Shown: in pieces, positions 1 to 12,428 of the stretch
How positions within the stretch are numbered: position 1 is the first letter of the stretch
Layout of the letters: every line of letters starts with the position of its first letter
Assembly (NCBI GenBank): GCA_973851085.1
Contig: OZ316775.1
Span: 21,266,001 to 21,330,000, forward strand
Length of the DNA: 64,000 bases
Direction of reading: 5' to 3'
Origin: Ptychomitrium polyphyllum
Taxonomy: Eukaryota
Made by a program: the position numbers and the translations under genes
The notes under the pieces: model-generated
Seen by the model: only the letters and a program-made list of their open reading frames with translations
Told to the model about the DNA's origin: nothing
The model's database searches: none

Positions 1-510
1 TTTATTTGATTTTTCTGTTGTGGATTGCAGTCGCCTAGGGGTGCAGGGAGTATCGATGTTCTGGTGAATTGTTCTTGCGTTTTAGGGCATAAGAGAAGTG
101 CTGTACCTGCTCGTTTCTTGTGTGTCTCACCATTCATACCTGTTGTGAGATCTCGACCTTGATCCAGTCATTGCTCAGGTTAGAGGATCGAATTGTGGAA
201 GCCCAAGTCGTCATCTTTCCGTTAGCTGGCCTTTCTTGTCGTTCTTGTGTGAGGACATTTAGATTCTGTCCTTGAGGAATGAGGAATCTCTGCTTCTATT
301 TCTTCGTAGAGTCCACGCTTTCGAGACGATTGAACCTCTAGTTTCTTCTAGTGCGTGATTTATATTTCGCTGGTTGAGGTCGTGATGGGTCGGTGGCTGT
401 GTGGGTGCAATCGAGAGAGTTTCACTCCATCGTGAACTATTTGAATTTGGTAGACAGCGTGGCAGTTAGGGTTTATGCCACGGCGCTCTTGGATCAAGAG
501 GCGTAGAAAG

Positions 511-542
<32 letters not shown>

Positions 543-548
543 GAGAGG
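511..548. repeat. Compound (GT)n(GA)n microsatellite
   Basis: gtgtgtgcgtgtgtgtgtgagagagagagagagagagg read directly. Confidence 0.85.
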
Positions 549-952
549 TTCTCGAGGTGGGAAACGTGGAATGCAGGTTTGGAGATGTTACTTGTAGCTG
601 GATTCGTATGTTAGAGATTTCTGCTGAACATTTTCTGTTCAGATTTCTCTTCCTTGCCTCTTTACCTACAAAGATCTTGGAATTTTCAGAGTGTCTGCCA
701 TCTCTGCGATGCATTGGTCTTACTTGAAGGCATTGTGTCGCCCTAATTCCGTAAAAAGAACTGAACGGACTTCTGACTCCTGCATCTCAATAGTTGGGTT
801 TGTAAAGTAAGGAATATTCTGTGGTCCTTCGACCTTCCACGAGAAGGACACTATTCATGCTCATCTTCCGTTTGCAGTCTCGCCTTCTGGATTTGATTAT
901 AAAGACTCGTTTTGCTCACCATCTGAATATTGACTTCCCTTGTAATCCTCAG

Positions 953-3900
953 AGTCGTCCAGCTTTGCAATCAGCTCGGGTGCAGCGTGGTGTTGCTGCG
1001 GAGCAGAGTTTGAGGTCTTATTCTCTTTCTAACGGTGTTAAGGTAAGTCCGTTGTGCAAAAGCTGACACTTTTTTTTACAAATGATTCGTTTCGTACTCA
1101 AATTCAAGTGTTCTATAGTTGTGAAGTGAGGTCGTTTGCCCTAGATCCGAGATTTAATTCAGATAATTGATGTGTCTTCTTCCAGGTCCTTGGTTCACAA
1201 TCATCGTTTGGTCGCAGTCTTTTCCATTTACAGGTATGCTCATCCAGCTGAAATGACTTGATTGGGTTGATCTCTCCGCTCTAGAGGAACTTTGAAAATT
1301 GGTCGCTGGTGTGCCTGAATCGGGCCTTCCGTAAACTTTACCTTGCAGTGTTGTGTTTGAAACAATCTGTTACATCAATCATTGCGTGGCTTCTTGTTGC
1401 AGGGCTCAGTGTCCGCTCGGGTTCAGTGCACTTTAGCAGCCCAGCCTAAATCAGGGGAAGACACGATGACGAAGGAGGAAGCTGTTAAGGAAACTCCAAA
1501 GGAGATCTTCCTGAAGGATTATAAGGCACCAGATTATGCTTTTGAAAAGGTATCGTGAACAGAATTTCCCTTCTGGAGTACTTTGGTTTCAGTACTTCCT
1601 TATTTGTTGCTTAGGCTGGTTGAGCGTAAGGTGCTTAGAATTGTTTTAACTAGAGACTGCTGTTGTTGCTGCAGGTGGACTTGAAATTTGAGTTGGGAGA
1701 GGAGAAGACGCTTGTTACATCCAACATCAAAGTTCTCCCTAAATCTTCTGGTAACGAGCTTTTCTGAGAGCAGACTTCAAGTAGTAGCCCAAGCACCGTG
1801 TAGAATATCTTCTTCTCGAACTAAGGGATGTGAGCACGTTCGAGCAGGCGTTTAGCCAGAATTCGCAACTTCTTTTCCCCTTCTATTGTAGTTCAGAATT
1901 CTGTTGTGGCATTGATTTACAGCTTATCGGCTGAGAATGACATTTGTTGTTTTATTTCTTGTTTCCAACCGTTTGCTGTTCGAAGGTAATGCCCCATTGA
2001 TTCTTGATGGCGAGAACGTGAAATTGGTGACTTTGAAAATTAATGGCTCACCAGTGCCGGTACGTTCGGGATCCTTCACTTGTTGCCTCTTCACTTTAAA
2101 TACAATGCAAAAATAAATTGCTTTGATGTACTGATTAGTCTCGCATGAGGTTGTATTTTTAAACATGGCGTTTTCCGATTCTAGTATGCTGGGTTCGGAC
2201 TGTAGATTCTGCCGATGGTTTGTACATGTATCGTCTGAGTTTGGCATGATTGTGCTTGACGTATACGAGAAAACATTTGTCATTATGTCACGCAGGAGGA
2301 TAATTTTAAGATCAGTGCACGGAAACTGCATTTGACCTCGCTGCCATCTAGTGCTTTTGATTTGGAAATTGTGACGGAAATAGAGCCACAGAACAACACG
2401 TCTTTGGAGGGTTTGTACAAGTCAACTGGCAACTTCTGCACTCAATGTGAAGCAGAAGGCTTTCGCAAAATCACGTATTTTCAGGTTCAACAGAAACCTA
2501 TTTCTACTATGGCAGTAGTTGTGAATAGAGGTTGTGAGTGACGCGATTGAAGCTGATTCGTGATTTTGGTGATGCAGGACCGTCCGGATGTGATGTCCAA
2601 GTTCACAACACGCATAGAGGCTGACAAGACGCTGTATCCAGTGTTGTTGGGCAACGGCAACTTGACTGATGAGGGTGAATTGTCTGTAAGTCTCTGAACA
2701 TAGAGATTAAATGTCTGAGCTGCTTGCAGGCGTGCAATCTTCCTTACATGGATTTGCATATACTTTTGTGACTAATACGCTGCTGGGCTCATGCAGGATG
2801 GCAAGCATTACGCTGTGTGGGAGGATCCATGGACGAAGCCTTGCTACTTGTTTGCACTGGTGGCTGCTCAACTTGTGAGCCGTGATGACACTTTTACCAC
2901 AATGTCTGGACGCAAAGTGGCTCTTCGGATTTGGACTCCTCCTCAAGATATTCCCAAAACTGCACACGCCATGAGATCTTTGCAATTGGCTATGAAATGG
3001 GACGAAGAGGTAAAAAACCTTTACTATTTAAATTCATAACAGTAGCGGCGTGCAACTCAAAAGAAATGCAAAGAGTCCATTCATGGATGGAATCTTTAAC
3101 ATATTCAGTGTGAGGTAGTGGGAAATGTTCCCTTTGAATGGGAATGTCTGCTACATGCTAATGCCATATTTCTGATTGTTGAACATGTGTATCGATTGTA
3201 CGGATGAATTACTTTCATTTATGAATTGCAGTTTATTCAAATGAACAGGAGCTTTTAGCTAGTGAAAATATCCACACAGAATCATATGTAGTTTGTGTAG
3301 TGCTTGTACCTGAGTTACCTCTAATCTTGTAGTATTGATGACCAGGTGTTTGGCCTGGAATATGATTTGGACCTTTTTAACATTGTTGCTGTACCGGACT
3401 TCAACATGTAAGTATTTTGTGCAAGTTTTAACTGTTCTCGACCATGTTGTCAGCGGTGCAATTTTGTGCTACAATTAGTTTCCCTGCACTTCTTTGATTT
3501 AATTTGTGTTTCTCTTTAAAATAGATTCCGTTGTAGCTTACGATGATTCGATTTTCACTGGATCGCAATTCTGACGTGCAGTTTGCAAATGGTGTGGTTT
3601 GAATAATGAATTACAGGGGTGCAATGGAGAACAAGAGTCTGAATGTGAGTTCGCTTCCTGCATGAACCAGAGTACCTTCTTTTCTTTTCTTTTCTTTTCT
3701 TTCTTTCTTGCTGCAATAATCCTGATTCTTGACTGACATCTGTCGCGCTTGCTGCAGTTCCATGATGCGATGTGTGACTTATATAAGTTCAATTTAAAAC
3801 TAGTGCTTTCTACATTTTGAGAATCATATCAGATATTTGTCTCATCTGATGGGATGTTCACACAGATTTTCAACTCAAGGCTGGTATTGGCATCTCCGGA

Positions 3901-6900
3901 AACAGCTACAGATGCAGATTATGCTGCTATTGAGGGTGTTATTGGCCACGAGGTACACTGCCCTGCCGTGTTACTGATGTTGCCAATATGTCAATTGAAA
4001 CAGCTGCACATTTATTCGACATTGTTTATCAATGCCGTAACATATAGGCTAGAGACGTTCGAAGTAACCTGATGATCATTCGTGTTAAATCTGGTGACCT
4101 TCTACTATTTCTTCAAAATGACTGACTTGCTCATTGGTATGTGGTATGCATCGGACGCAAACTTGGAATATAGTATTTTCACAACTGGACCGGCAATCGG
4201 TATGCTTTATATCTTGTTTCACATGTCTTCTTTTGATTGGCCGATTGTACTTCATTGGAACCATGGCATTGTTAAATTTTATGGTTCTTATTCTCTATTA
4301 CTTTTTGCGGATCATAATAGAATGAAACCCTGATGCTTGTACTTTTGTGTCTGGACAGAGTGACTTGCAGGGATTGGTTTCAGCTTAGTTTGAAAGAGGG
4401 ACTTACAGTTTTTAGGGATCAGGTGAGAACCTTTGCTGTAATAGTTAGACTCTTTTTCTTGTCAGTTCAAAGATCTAAATGAGCCTTTTTCATTTTTATG
4501 TATTTCAAATCAATTGTATACTGAAATTCCTTAGAATGGCTTTGGTAATCTCCATAGTGTTGTGATGGCATAGAATTCTTGGCCTATTGAGCAGTTGTTC
4601 GTGCTAACTCTAGTTGCTTGCTTATTGCAGGAATTCTCATCTGACATGGGTAGTCGTGGAGTAAAGCGCATTGCTGATGTATCTCGCTTGCGAATTTCGC
4701 AGTTTTCTCAGGTTCAGATTCAAATTCTCCCGTTTAAGATTTGATTTATACATGTTACTCGGTTCCTATTTGTAGTATATTCTATTCCAATTTGCTGAGC
4801 TGGTTTTTGTATGTTCCTAGATGCCTTCTGTAGGTGCTACTCTTTTTTTTTTCAAATTTCAGTCCTACATTTTATCGGGGGCTTCAGAGTATTTCTGAGA
4901 ACGTCTCTGCATTTCTGGCAGGACGCTGGGCCAATGTCACATCCTGTACGACCTCATTCGTATATTAAGATGGACAACTTCTACACTGGTTAGTATTTGT
5001 GGTGAGAATTTTTTTGAATTTTGTGGATGAAGTTGTTGAGTGTTTGATTTTTCTAGATCCTAGAAAAGTTCTGTTCTAGTTGGATATCGTTACGAGGCGC
5101 TTCTAACTTTCTATTGTTGATTTGGCTGTGGGACGGTGCTCCGCTGAAAATCCTTGATGCTCATGATTCTGCAGTGACTGTACGTTTTTACAACTTCACC
5201 TTCAGAAATTTTACGATTTATATAAAATTGTTAATATTCATCCAAAATGACTTTATTTGGGTTTGTTCGATTATGGTGATTTGTACGTTAGTATGGAAAC
5301 TGATGATGGCTTGTTATTCGCATGGTTTTTCTGGTGCGGCTGTGGCGCTTCTTAATGATGAACTGCAGGTTTATGAGAAGGTAGTGCCTTTGCTTTAAAT
5401 GATTTTTCACTTCATTGAGTGTGACTTCTACTCCTGCATATTTATGCTCCTGGTATGCTTATTTGAGCTCTCCCAGAGTTAACTTTCTCTTTTTGGATGC
5501 AGGGTGCTGAGGTCGTGCGTATGTACCAGACTTTGCTTGGGAAGGCTGGCTTCAGGAAGGTTTTATTTCTCAGCCTCTCCTCTAAATAGGCTTTGTTTGG
5601 TGCCATTGTTTTCTACCGGTTTCAAGTATTTTTTGATAGTCAGTTGGTTGCTTTACTTCATTTAATTTTTATGGATTTGTTTTTGCCCTGCATGTGTTTG
5701 AATAGTACAAAACTTTCATGAATTGTATATGATATTGGTATCTCTGCTTTTTATACTTGAAGTGACAAGATCCTGGTATGTACCGGGGTTTCAGGGTATG
5801 GACTTGTACTTTGAAAGGCACGACGGTCACGCTGTTACCTGTGAGGATTTTCTGGCTGCTATGTTTGATGCGAATGAAGTGAAGTTTCCCACGTTCCCTC
5901 TTTGGTAAGTGGGTCCTGCTCTGAAAGCACCCGACACTTGGTTACATCGTTGAACATAAGTTTGCAACCTCCATTTGACAGTTTGTGTGCTCTATGTCCG
6001 TACATTGTGGTTCTTCAACTGAGAATGGAGATATTTTGTTGATATTTTTGTGGAATACAATTGTGGCGTTTCAGGTATGCTCAAGCGGGTACTCCAACCC
6101 TGACTGTGACCACTTCGTACAACTCGGATGCTCAAACGTTCACGATCAAGTGCAAGTATGTGAAATGGACCCACCAGATTTAGTAGGGTTGAGTATCGTT
6201 GAATAGAGATGTGTTTGTGTGAGAGCTCATTCTTAACTTTGAGCTACGTGATTTGGATTACGAACACCTGAAGACTATTGATGTGGAAAAAGTGTTCTTT
6301 GTTGTTAAAATATTCATCTGATTGTGTAGACAAGATGTGGCGGCGACCCCTGGGCAACCAAAGAAGGAGCCAATGCTGCTACCTTTGGCTGTGGGGCTTC
6401 TGGACTCGCATGGCCAGGACATGCGTCTCACCTTTGTGAAAGATGAAGCTTCACTACATAACTTGACGAGTGCCGATGGCGACTTTACTACCACTGCTGT
6501 ATTGCATGTTGATAAGGTATGTTACAGGACAAGATTGAACTATTGTGGTCCCGCATCTCTATTGAATTTAATGTTTTGAGGTATTTTAATGTGAAAAAGA
6601 CAAATTTATTATAGTGGTGTTTATTGGAATGCCAGGCTGAGCAAGAGTTCACCTTTGTAGACATTACGGAGAAGCCGATCCCATCGCTGTTGCGTAATTT
6701 CAGTGCGCCAGTACGTCTAGTATCTGATGTTACAAACGATGATCTTTTCTTCCTTCTTGCTCATGATTCCGATCAGTTCACCCGGTATGGCTAGCAATCT
6801 GTTCTTGTGGTTTGATTATGATGCACGTTATATCTGCACAGGAATTGTGATTTTGCTTTTGGGTTGATACGGCCTCTATATACCATTGGTTATCTTATCC

Positions 6901-8989
6901 TATGTTGGAATGAGAACAGGTGGGAGGCTGGTCAGACATTAGGCCGCAAGCTTATGCTGGACCTGGTCTCCGCTGAGCAGAAAGGAGAGACACTTCGCGT
7001 CAACAGTGCTTTTATTGAAGGCATCCGTAGTACTTTGACGAACTCCTTACTTGATAAGGTAAGTGGGAAGGTCCACTAGTAATTGTTTTCTGAGGTTTTT
7101 TATATCTAGTGAATTACAAGTTTTTTCTTGATCATGAGTGTGAGTTAATTAATCAGGTATGCTAAGGGATAAGATTCAATTATAGTGCCTCATTTGGTGT
7201 TTCATTTGCAGGAGTTTGTAGCAAAATGCTTATCACTACCTGGAGAAAGTGAGATTGCGGACCTTATGGATGTGGCTGATCCAGATGCCATTCACACTGT
7301 CAGAAAATTTGTTATTAAAGAGATTGCTGCTAGTCTTCGAGAGGAACTTCTGAAGACGGTATGTAAAGTTTGTAAATCTTCTGTAAAATGTACAATTGTT
7401 CATCCTTGGCATAGATGTCTCACCTTTTTCTACTTCAAAGCAATTGGTTTATCAAATCAGTTTCAACTCCAGTATTGCTCAAGCAATAAATTGGAATGTT
7501 CTTGATCTACATAATTTGGTTTATGCTCTGTATCTCCGAACCTAATGGTCAAAGCCTTGCATTTGTTGTAAATACAGGTGGAAGCAAATAGAAGTTCTGC
7601 TGCTTATGACCCTAGCCACGAGCACAGGGCGCAGCGGTCTCTGAAGAATATTTCTTTGGGTACTCGTTTTTGGTTTCAACCCAATTTCAACATTTTTTGC
7701 TAATGCGGAAAGTAGTTCAGAAGCTTAGTAAAAGGATTCAGCTTTACGTCTTCTGAGTGTTAGGCACTTATGAGTTTTTTACCATTCGTAATTTGAGCTT
7801 CAAATTTAAGAGGAATACAGCTCACTTACAGCTTTTCTTTGCACTTTTTCTGTGCAGGTTACTTGGCATCTTTGAATGAACATGAGATAACAGAACTGTT
7901 AATGAATGAATTCAAGAATACTACAAACATGACCGACCAAGTTTCTGCTTTAGCAGCTATCTGCCAGAACCCTGGAGATGCCCGCTCTCAGGCCCTGTCA
8001 GACTTCTACGAGCAGTGGAAGGAAGAGGCGTTGGTATGAATATTTGTTAAAGTGTTCTGAATTATTCTGTCAGATTTTAGTTTGTTATAATCATTTTATG
8101 TTGCTTGAGATATGTATCTACATTTTTTGTTCAGGTCGTCAACAAATGGCTGGCTTTGCAAGCTATGTCTGATGTTCCAAGCAATGTGGAGCATGTGAGA
8201 AATTTGCTGGAGCACCCTGCTTTTGACATTCGTAACCCAAACAAGGTGTGTTTTCTTCTGTCTGTTCCATTCTAGCCACAGTCTTTCCTTCTACAAGGGT
8301 ATGGTACGTGTTGATTGTAATTTCATTTATTGCTCCTTTGTCCCGCAGGTTTACTCTTTGATCGGTGGTTTCTGTGCATCTGCTGTCAACTTCCATGCGA
8401 AAGATGGTTCCGGATATAAGTTTTTGGCTGACATCGTTCTCCAGTTGGATCAACTCAACCCTCAGGTTAGCTCTGCACACTAACTTATACCTTATCGATC
8501 TGCTCACATTTGAGTTAATAGTGTAGGAGACTTGGTGTTATTTGTGTTTGTAGCTCTGCCGAATGAAGCTATACTCCTATCGTAGTGTTGTGAAGACTAT
8601 TTGTGGTAGTCGGTCTCAAATTTTATCTGAAGTGTCGAGTGATGGTTACTGTATATTCTAATTACAGTAGCCTTGATTTTTCTACATTCGGCTTAATGTG
8701 GTATCCTGTCCGTGGATTTAGGTCGCAGCACGCATGGTTTCGGCTTTCTCTAGGTGGCGGAGGTTTGACGAAGAAAGACAGACATTGTCCAAAGTAAGTC
8801 TTTGTTTACATCGTTGATGTTGCTCTACATTGAGTTTGTGTTTTAGAAATACGGAATCCTGCAGAGGCACACGAGATTCACTGGCAATTTGTGTGCGATT
8901 GTTCACAGGCACAACTGGAGCGGATTACAAGCATGAACGGTTTATCAGATAATGTTTTTGAGATCGCCTCCAAGAGTCTGGCTTCCTAG
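953..8989 (+). CDS. M1-family Zn aminopeptidase N (PepN-type, plant puromycin-sensitive aminopeptidase-like); at least 30 exons; 5' end uncertain
   Basis: Spliced exons give [43 protein letters not shown] (exon 3617-3644), [12 protein letters not shown] (HExxH; exon 4174-4199), [43 protein letters not shown] and ...[13 protein letters not shown] (8987-8989). Exons 953-1042, 1186-1233 and 1403-1465 read as an S/R-rich transit-like extension. The start may be ATG 475 (exon 475-510) or lie upstream of the window; there is a second in-frame ATG at 1466. Confidence 0.95.
5175..5179 (+). other. 5-nt micro-exon (TGACT) of the aminopeptidase
   Basis: ttctgcag|TGACT|gtacgt. Completes G(4988)+TG=Val and ACT=Thr, restoring NFYTVTVYEKG. 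Confidence 0.9.
5369..5380 (+). other. 12-nt micro-exon (VYEK) of the aminopeptidase
   Basis: aactgcag|GTTTATGAGAAG|gtagtg. The next exon starts GGT GCT GAG GTC (GAEV) at 5503. Confidence 0.92.
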
Positions 8990-9928
8990 AGTATCAGAGT
9001 TGCTACAATACCGTAGTTGCTCACCACGCTATTATTTTGTAGCACTGCTTTCTATCTGAGTTTGCTAAGAGGCTTGCAAGTTATGCAAGCTGTCTCGCCA
9101 AATGCTACTTCGGATTTCGTTTTGACTTGTGTAGTCATTCTTTATTAGGAGAGGACTGTTTACACATTGTACTTCATTTATTTGCAGAATTAGTATTGAA
9201 TGTCACATCTCATATTTTTCTCGTCTCTCGCACGTTTTCACCTTACAATACTCACTTCCCAAGTTTGATGTCAACTAACCAAGACACTATAATTGTTGCT
9301 GTTGTCTGTAACAATTTTTAGTAGCCTTCTCAAGTATCTCAAAATAGATATGGCTACGTATGGTCAGATTGAAAGTGCTTGTAGCAATTATGAAAGATAA
9401 CCACCAACATTTTTCTTAAACTACTTTAGAAGCCAAAATACATTAGACATGGTTCCTGTGCAATTAAAAATATTTGCAATTTTGGAATACTTTGTTGTCA
9501 TATGCAGCAAGTTAGGAGGGTAATTTATATATTGTCTATTTTTGAAGGAATAGAAAATAATATCACAATAAGAAAATTGCAATCTTTTGATCATATGATT
9601 AAACAATTAAAGTCTTCAAAAATATAAACCTTTTCTTAAACATATCTTTCAAATAGTTCTTTTCAAATACAAGAGCATGAAAGTCTCGTTCAGGCATGGT
9701 CATTTATATTAATTTTTTTCATTATTGTTTTAAGAATAAAAAACATAATAATTCAATACATTTGATATTTTTAAATGTTGTATTCTAATTAGATTGTGCA
9801 ATAACACAAAGCACATCTTCAACACCTACATGTTTACAATCATTAAGCCTAAAAGAAGCAAAAGGTAAATATTAATATTTTTTGTAAAAAGAAATAACAA
9901 TTAGCTCATGCATGTCATCTACGTAGTT

Positions 9929-9971
9929 AAACAAACAAACAAACAAACATACATACAAACAAACATACAAA
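9929..9971. repeat. (AAAC/ATAC)n tetranucleotide microsatellite
   Basis: aaacaaacaaacaaacaaacatacatacaaacaaacatacaaa read directly. Confidence 0.85.
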
Positions 9972-12078
9972 CGGACATATAGATACATGAAATAGAAAAT
10001 ACCCATGCTACAAGAAATAGTATTTAGCACAATTCATCCTAAACTTCCACTTTTATAATGTATTAAATTTATTCACCTTATAAGATACACAAGACTCTAC
10101 AATACTACAAAGATATCTAATCAACATTATCCAAATACCTCATAAATATCACCTAAAAATAGTTCAAAAAACCAATGTAACAATCCATTTGATTATAGAA
10201 GTCAAGACCTTTATACCACACAAACAATTTGTTTTACCAATATCCGAGTACCATACATATATCACACAAGTACACACCACACATCAACATGATATCATAA
10301 ATGTAAGTGTACCCACATATCAACCAAATATCACGTAGTATCACCTAGTTCCGGATATGGGATCTTTGAATGGTGCACGAATATACTTGGAACATCTTCC
10401 TACCTGAGGAGCCTGATTCCATACAAGGGCAAGGAATCTCATGTGACCCCTCTGACTCTCACTACCTGCTCACTGTCACAAGAGGCGTTCACTACTCCAC
10501 AGTTCCGATTGATAGCTATATGATACCCATTAGATTCTCCGGTACCAGGATGCTACTCAGGCGGGTTCTCGCAACATGGCCATGACTCTATCCTTCCAAA
10601 AGCTGTTCAGAAGCACTCGCGGATCCAGTGACTTCCGCCGATACCTAGATGATGCCCGTACTGTACTAGTGTGATACGTAGACGATATCGTGTTAATGCC
10701 ATGGTGATGCGTAGGAGGGTATCCGGAAGAACACTATAGGATACTGCGTCGTGAGCTCGGTGTTTTCCTTGAACTTCTCTTTCAACGGTGTGATATTTTC
10801 GCTACTTGCAGCCTCTGCAAACGCATCCGATCCCTCTCGCAGCAACATCCATCGCTGCATTCGTACATCAATCTTTCTCTCAACCCTTCAGACGGACTCA
10901 GTGACTTGGTCTCTGTAAGTCTCTTTTTGTTTCTCGGTCGTTGACATCACTGCTATGGAATTAGGGTTGCAACCGGAGCTCCGAGTCCTCTCCATGCGGA
11001 GTTTCATGCAGGTGCACATGCTGCTGCCACTTCCTGTGAACAGCTGAATTGGTGGTTTCGAGTTTCGAGGTTTCGGTCTGCACAGGTAGGGTGGATTTCG
11101 CTGAGTTGTGATTGTTCGTCAGGATCAGGGGGTTTGACCTGATGGTGTGTTTGAGAGGTTCAAATATGGATTGGCTTTCCGATGGTTAACGGATCCCCGT
11201 GGCCCTTTGTGTTGTTGAGGGTTGGTTAGAGTGCAGTTTTTGAGTTGGGTGTTGCACGAGGTGGGAAATTTTGGGTTCAAACGAGAAGTTTGCTGGTGTC
11301 CTCGAGAACTCCACATCCAGCCTATTGAGGTCTTTGTGTCGATTTTGCGAAAGCGTAGGTTATTTTCAGAGGCTGGCAGTTGATGAGTTTCCGTATGCTC
11401 TCTTGGCTGCTTGTTGATTCCCCTTATTCAATCAGCTGCATTCAACTATCAAATTTATCGTCTACTGAGGCAGATGAAAGTACATGACTTCCCAGCTTCT
11501 GAGGTAACGAGTAGTGAGAGCATGAGCATGAGTGGAAGGCTGTTTGGTTTGCCTCTGTCCCGGTGCCCGGTTGCTGCTTTGGGAAGAAATTTGTATCCTC
11601 AGAGAACTTGGGTATTAGGGTTTGAACTTATCGCATGCACTCTACACGTTTGAGCGATTTTTATGAAGGTAGGGTTTATCTTTGTATTAGTACTGTGCCC
11701 AGCAAACAGACTGGTAGAGTCAGAAGATTGGCGATTGCATTTGCAATTGCGCTGAGCGTGTAAAGAGCTTGTTTTGAAGATTGTTTTTGAAAATTACACC
11801 GCAGTCTTGGTCTTGGAGCTTTGTCTCAACATTTGGCACCATCAACAACAGCTGTATCCTGACCAACCTTTTGCCATTGCTAGGGTAGATGCGATTTGCA
11901 GTCTCTTGCTACGGTCTTCATATTTGCATCTTGATGAAACTTCCTGCCATAGTCTTTGGTGGCTTATTGCATCATCTCTTCATGCTATTATTAATCCTTG
12001 TGTTTTGGTGTGCAGGGGTCTTGTCTTGCTGGTGAGTGAATGTATGTTGAAAGAAATCTCCTATTACCCAGCTAAGTC

Positions 12079-12417
12079 ATGGGACTAAGATCAGATGCGA
12101 CAGATCTAGTAGTTCAGCGTGCACCTTTGGCCAACTGATGCGGACTTCGCAGAGAAGGCGCCTCCTAGGAATCATAAGGCACAAAGGGGCCAGTCTATTA
12201 TTAGGAACTCTTGGCCGCTGGTATGGTTTTCTTTCTCCGGGGATAACATGTAGCGTGGAGAATAGTGAAACCAGTATATCAATGTTTTGGCAGTCACAAG
12301 ATCTTCGAAGGATTCTATTATGAATAGGAAGATGGCGCTTGAACTATCTGTTATTAGGAGCAGCCTTGTGTTCGGTAAAGTTTGTTTGTCATGAGCACAG
12401 TTTTGGACGGGCAGTGA
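12079..12417 (+). promoter_or_regulatory. Chain of four overlapping upstream ORFs in the putative 5' leader of the PX-RH gene
   Basis: uORFs at 12079-12138, 12138-12323, 12320-12394 and 12391-12417, joined by TGATG, ATGA and ATGA overlaps. The main ATG is 11 nt after the last stop. Confidence 0.45.
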
Positions 12418-12428
12418 AGGTATAAAAC

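Noticed and set aside
1983..1985. AAG acceptor and weak donors (gttcaa, gtttta) in the aminopeptidase as possible non-canonical or U12 introns
   Set aside because: All are still GT-AG and none shows the U12 donor RTATCCTT.
953..8989. Bacterial-like PepN as a recent horizontal transfer
   Set aside because: About 30 spliceosomal introns and a known plant orthologue family indicate an ancient resident gene.
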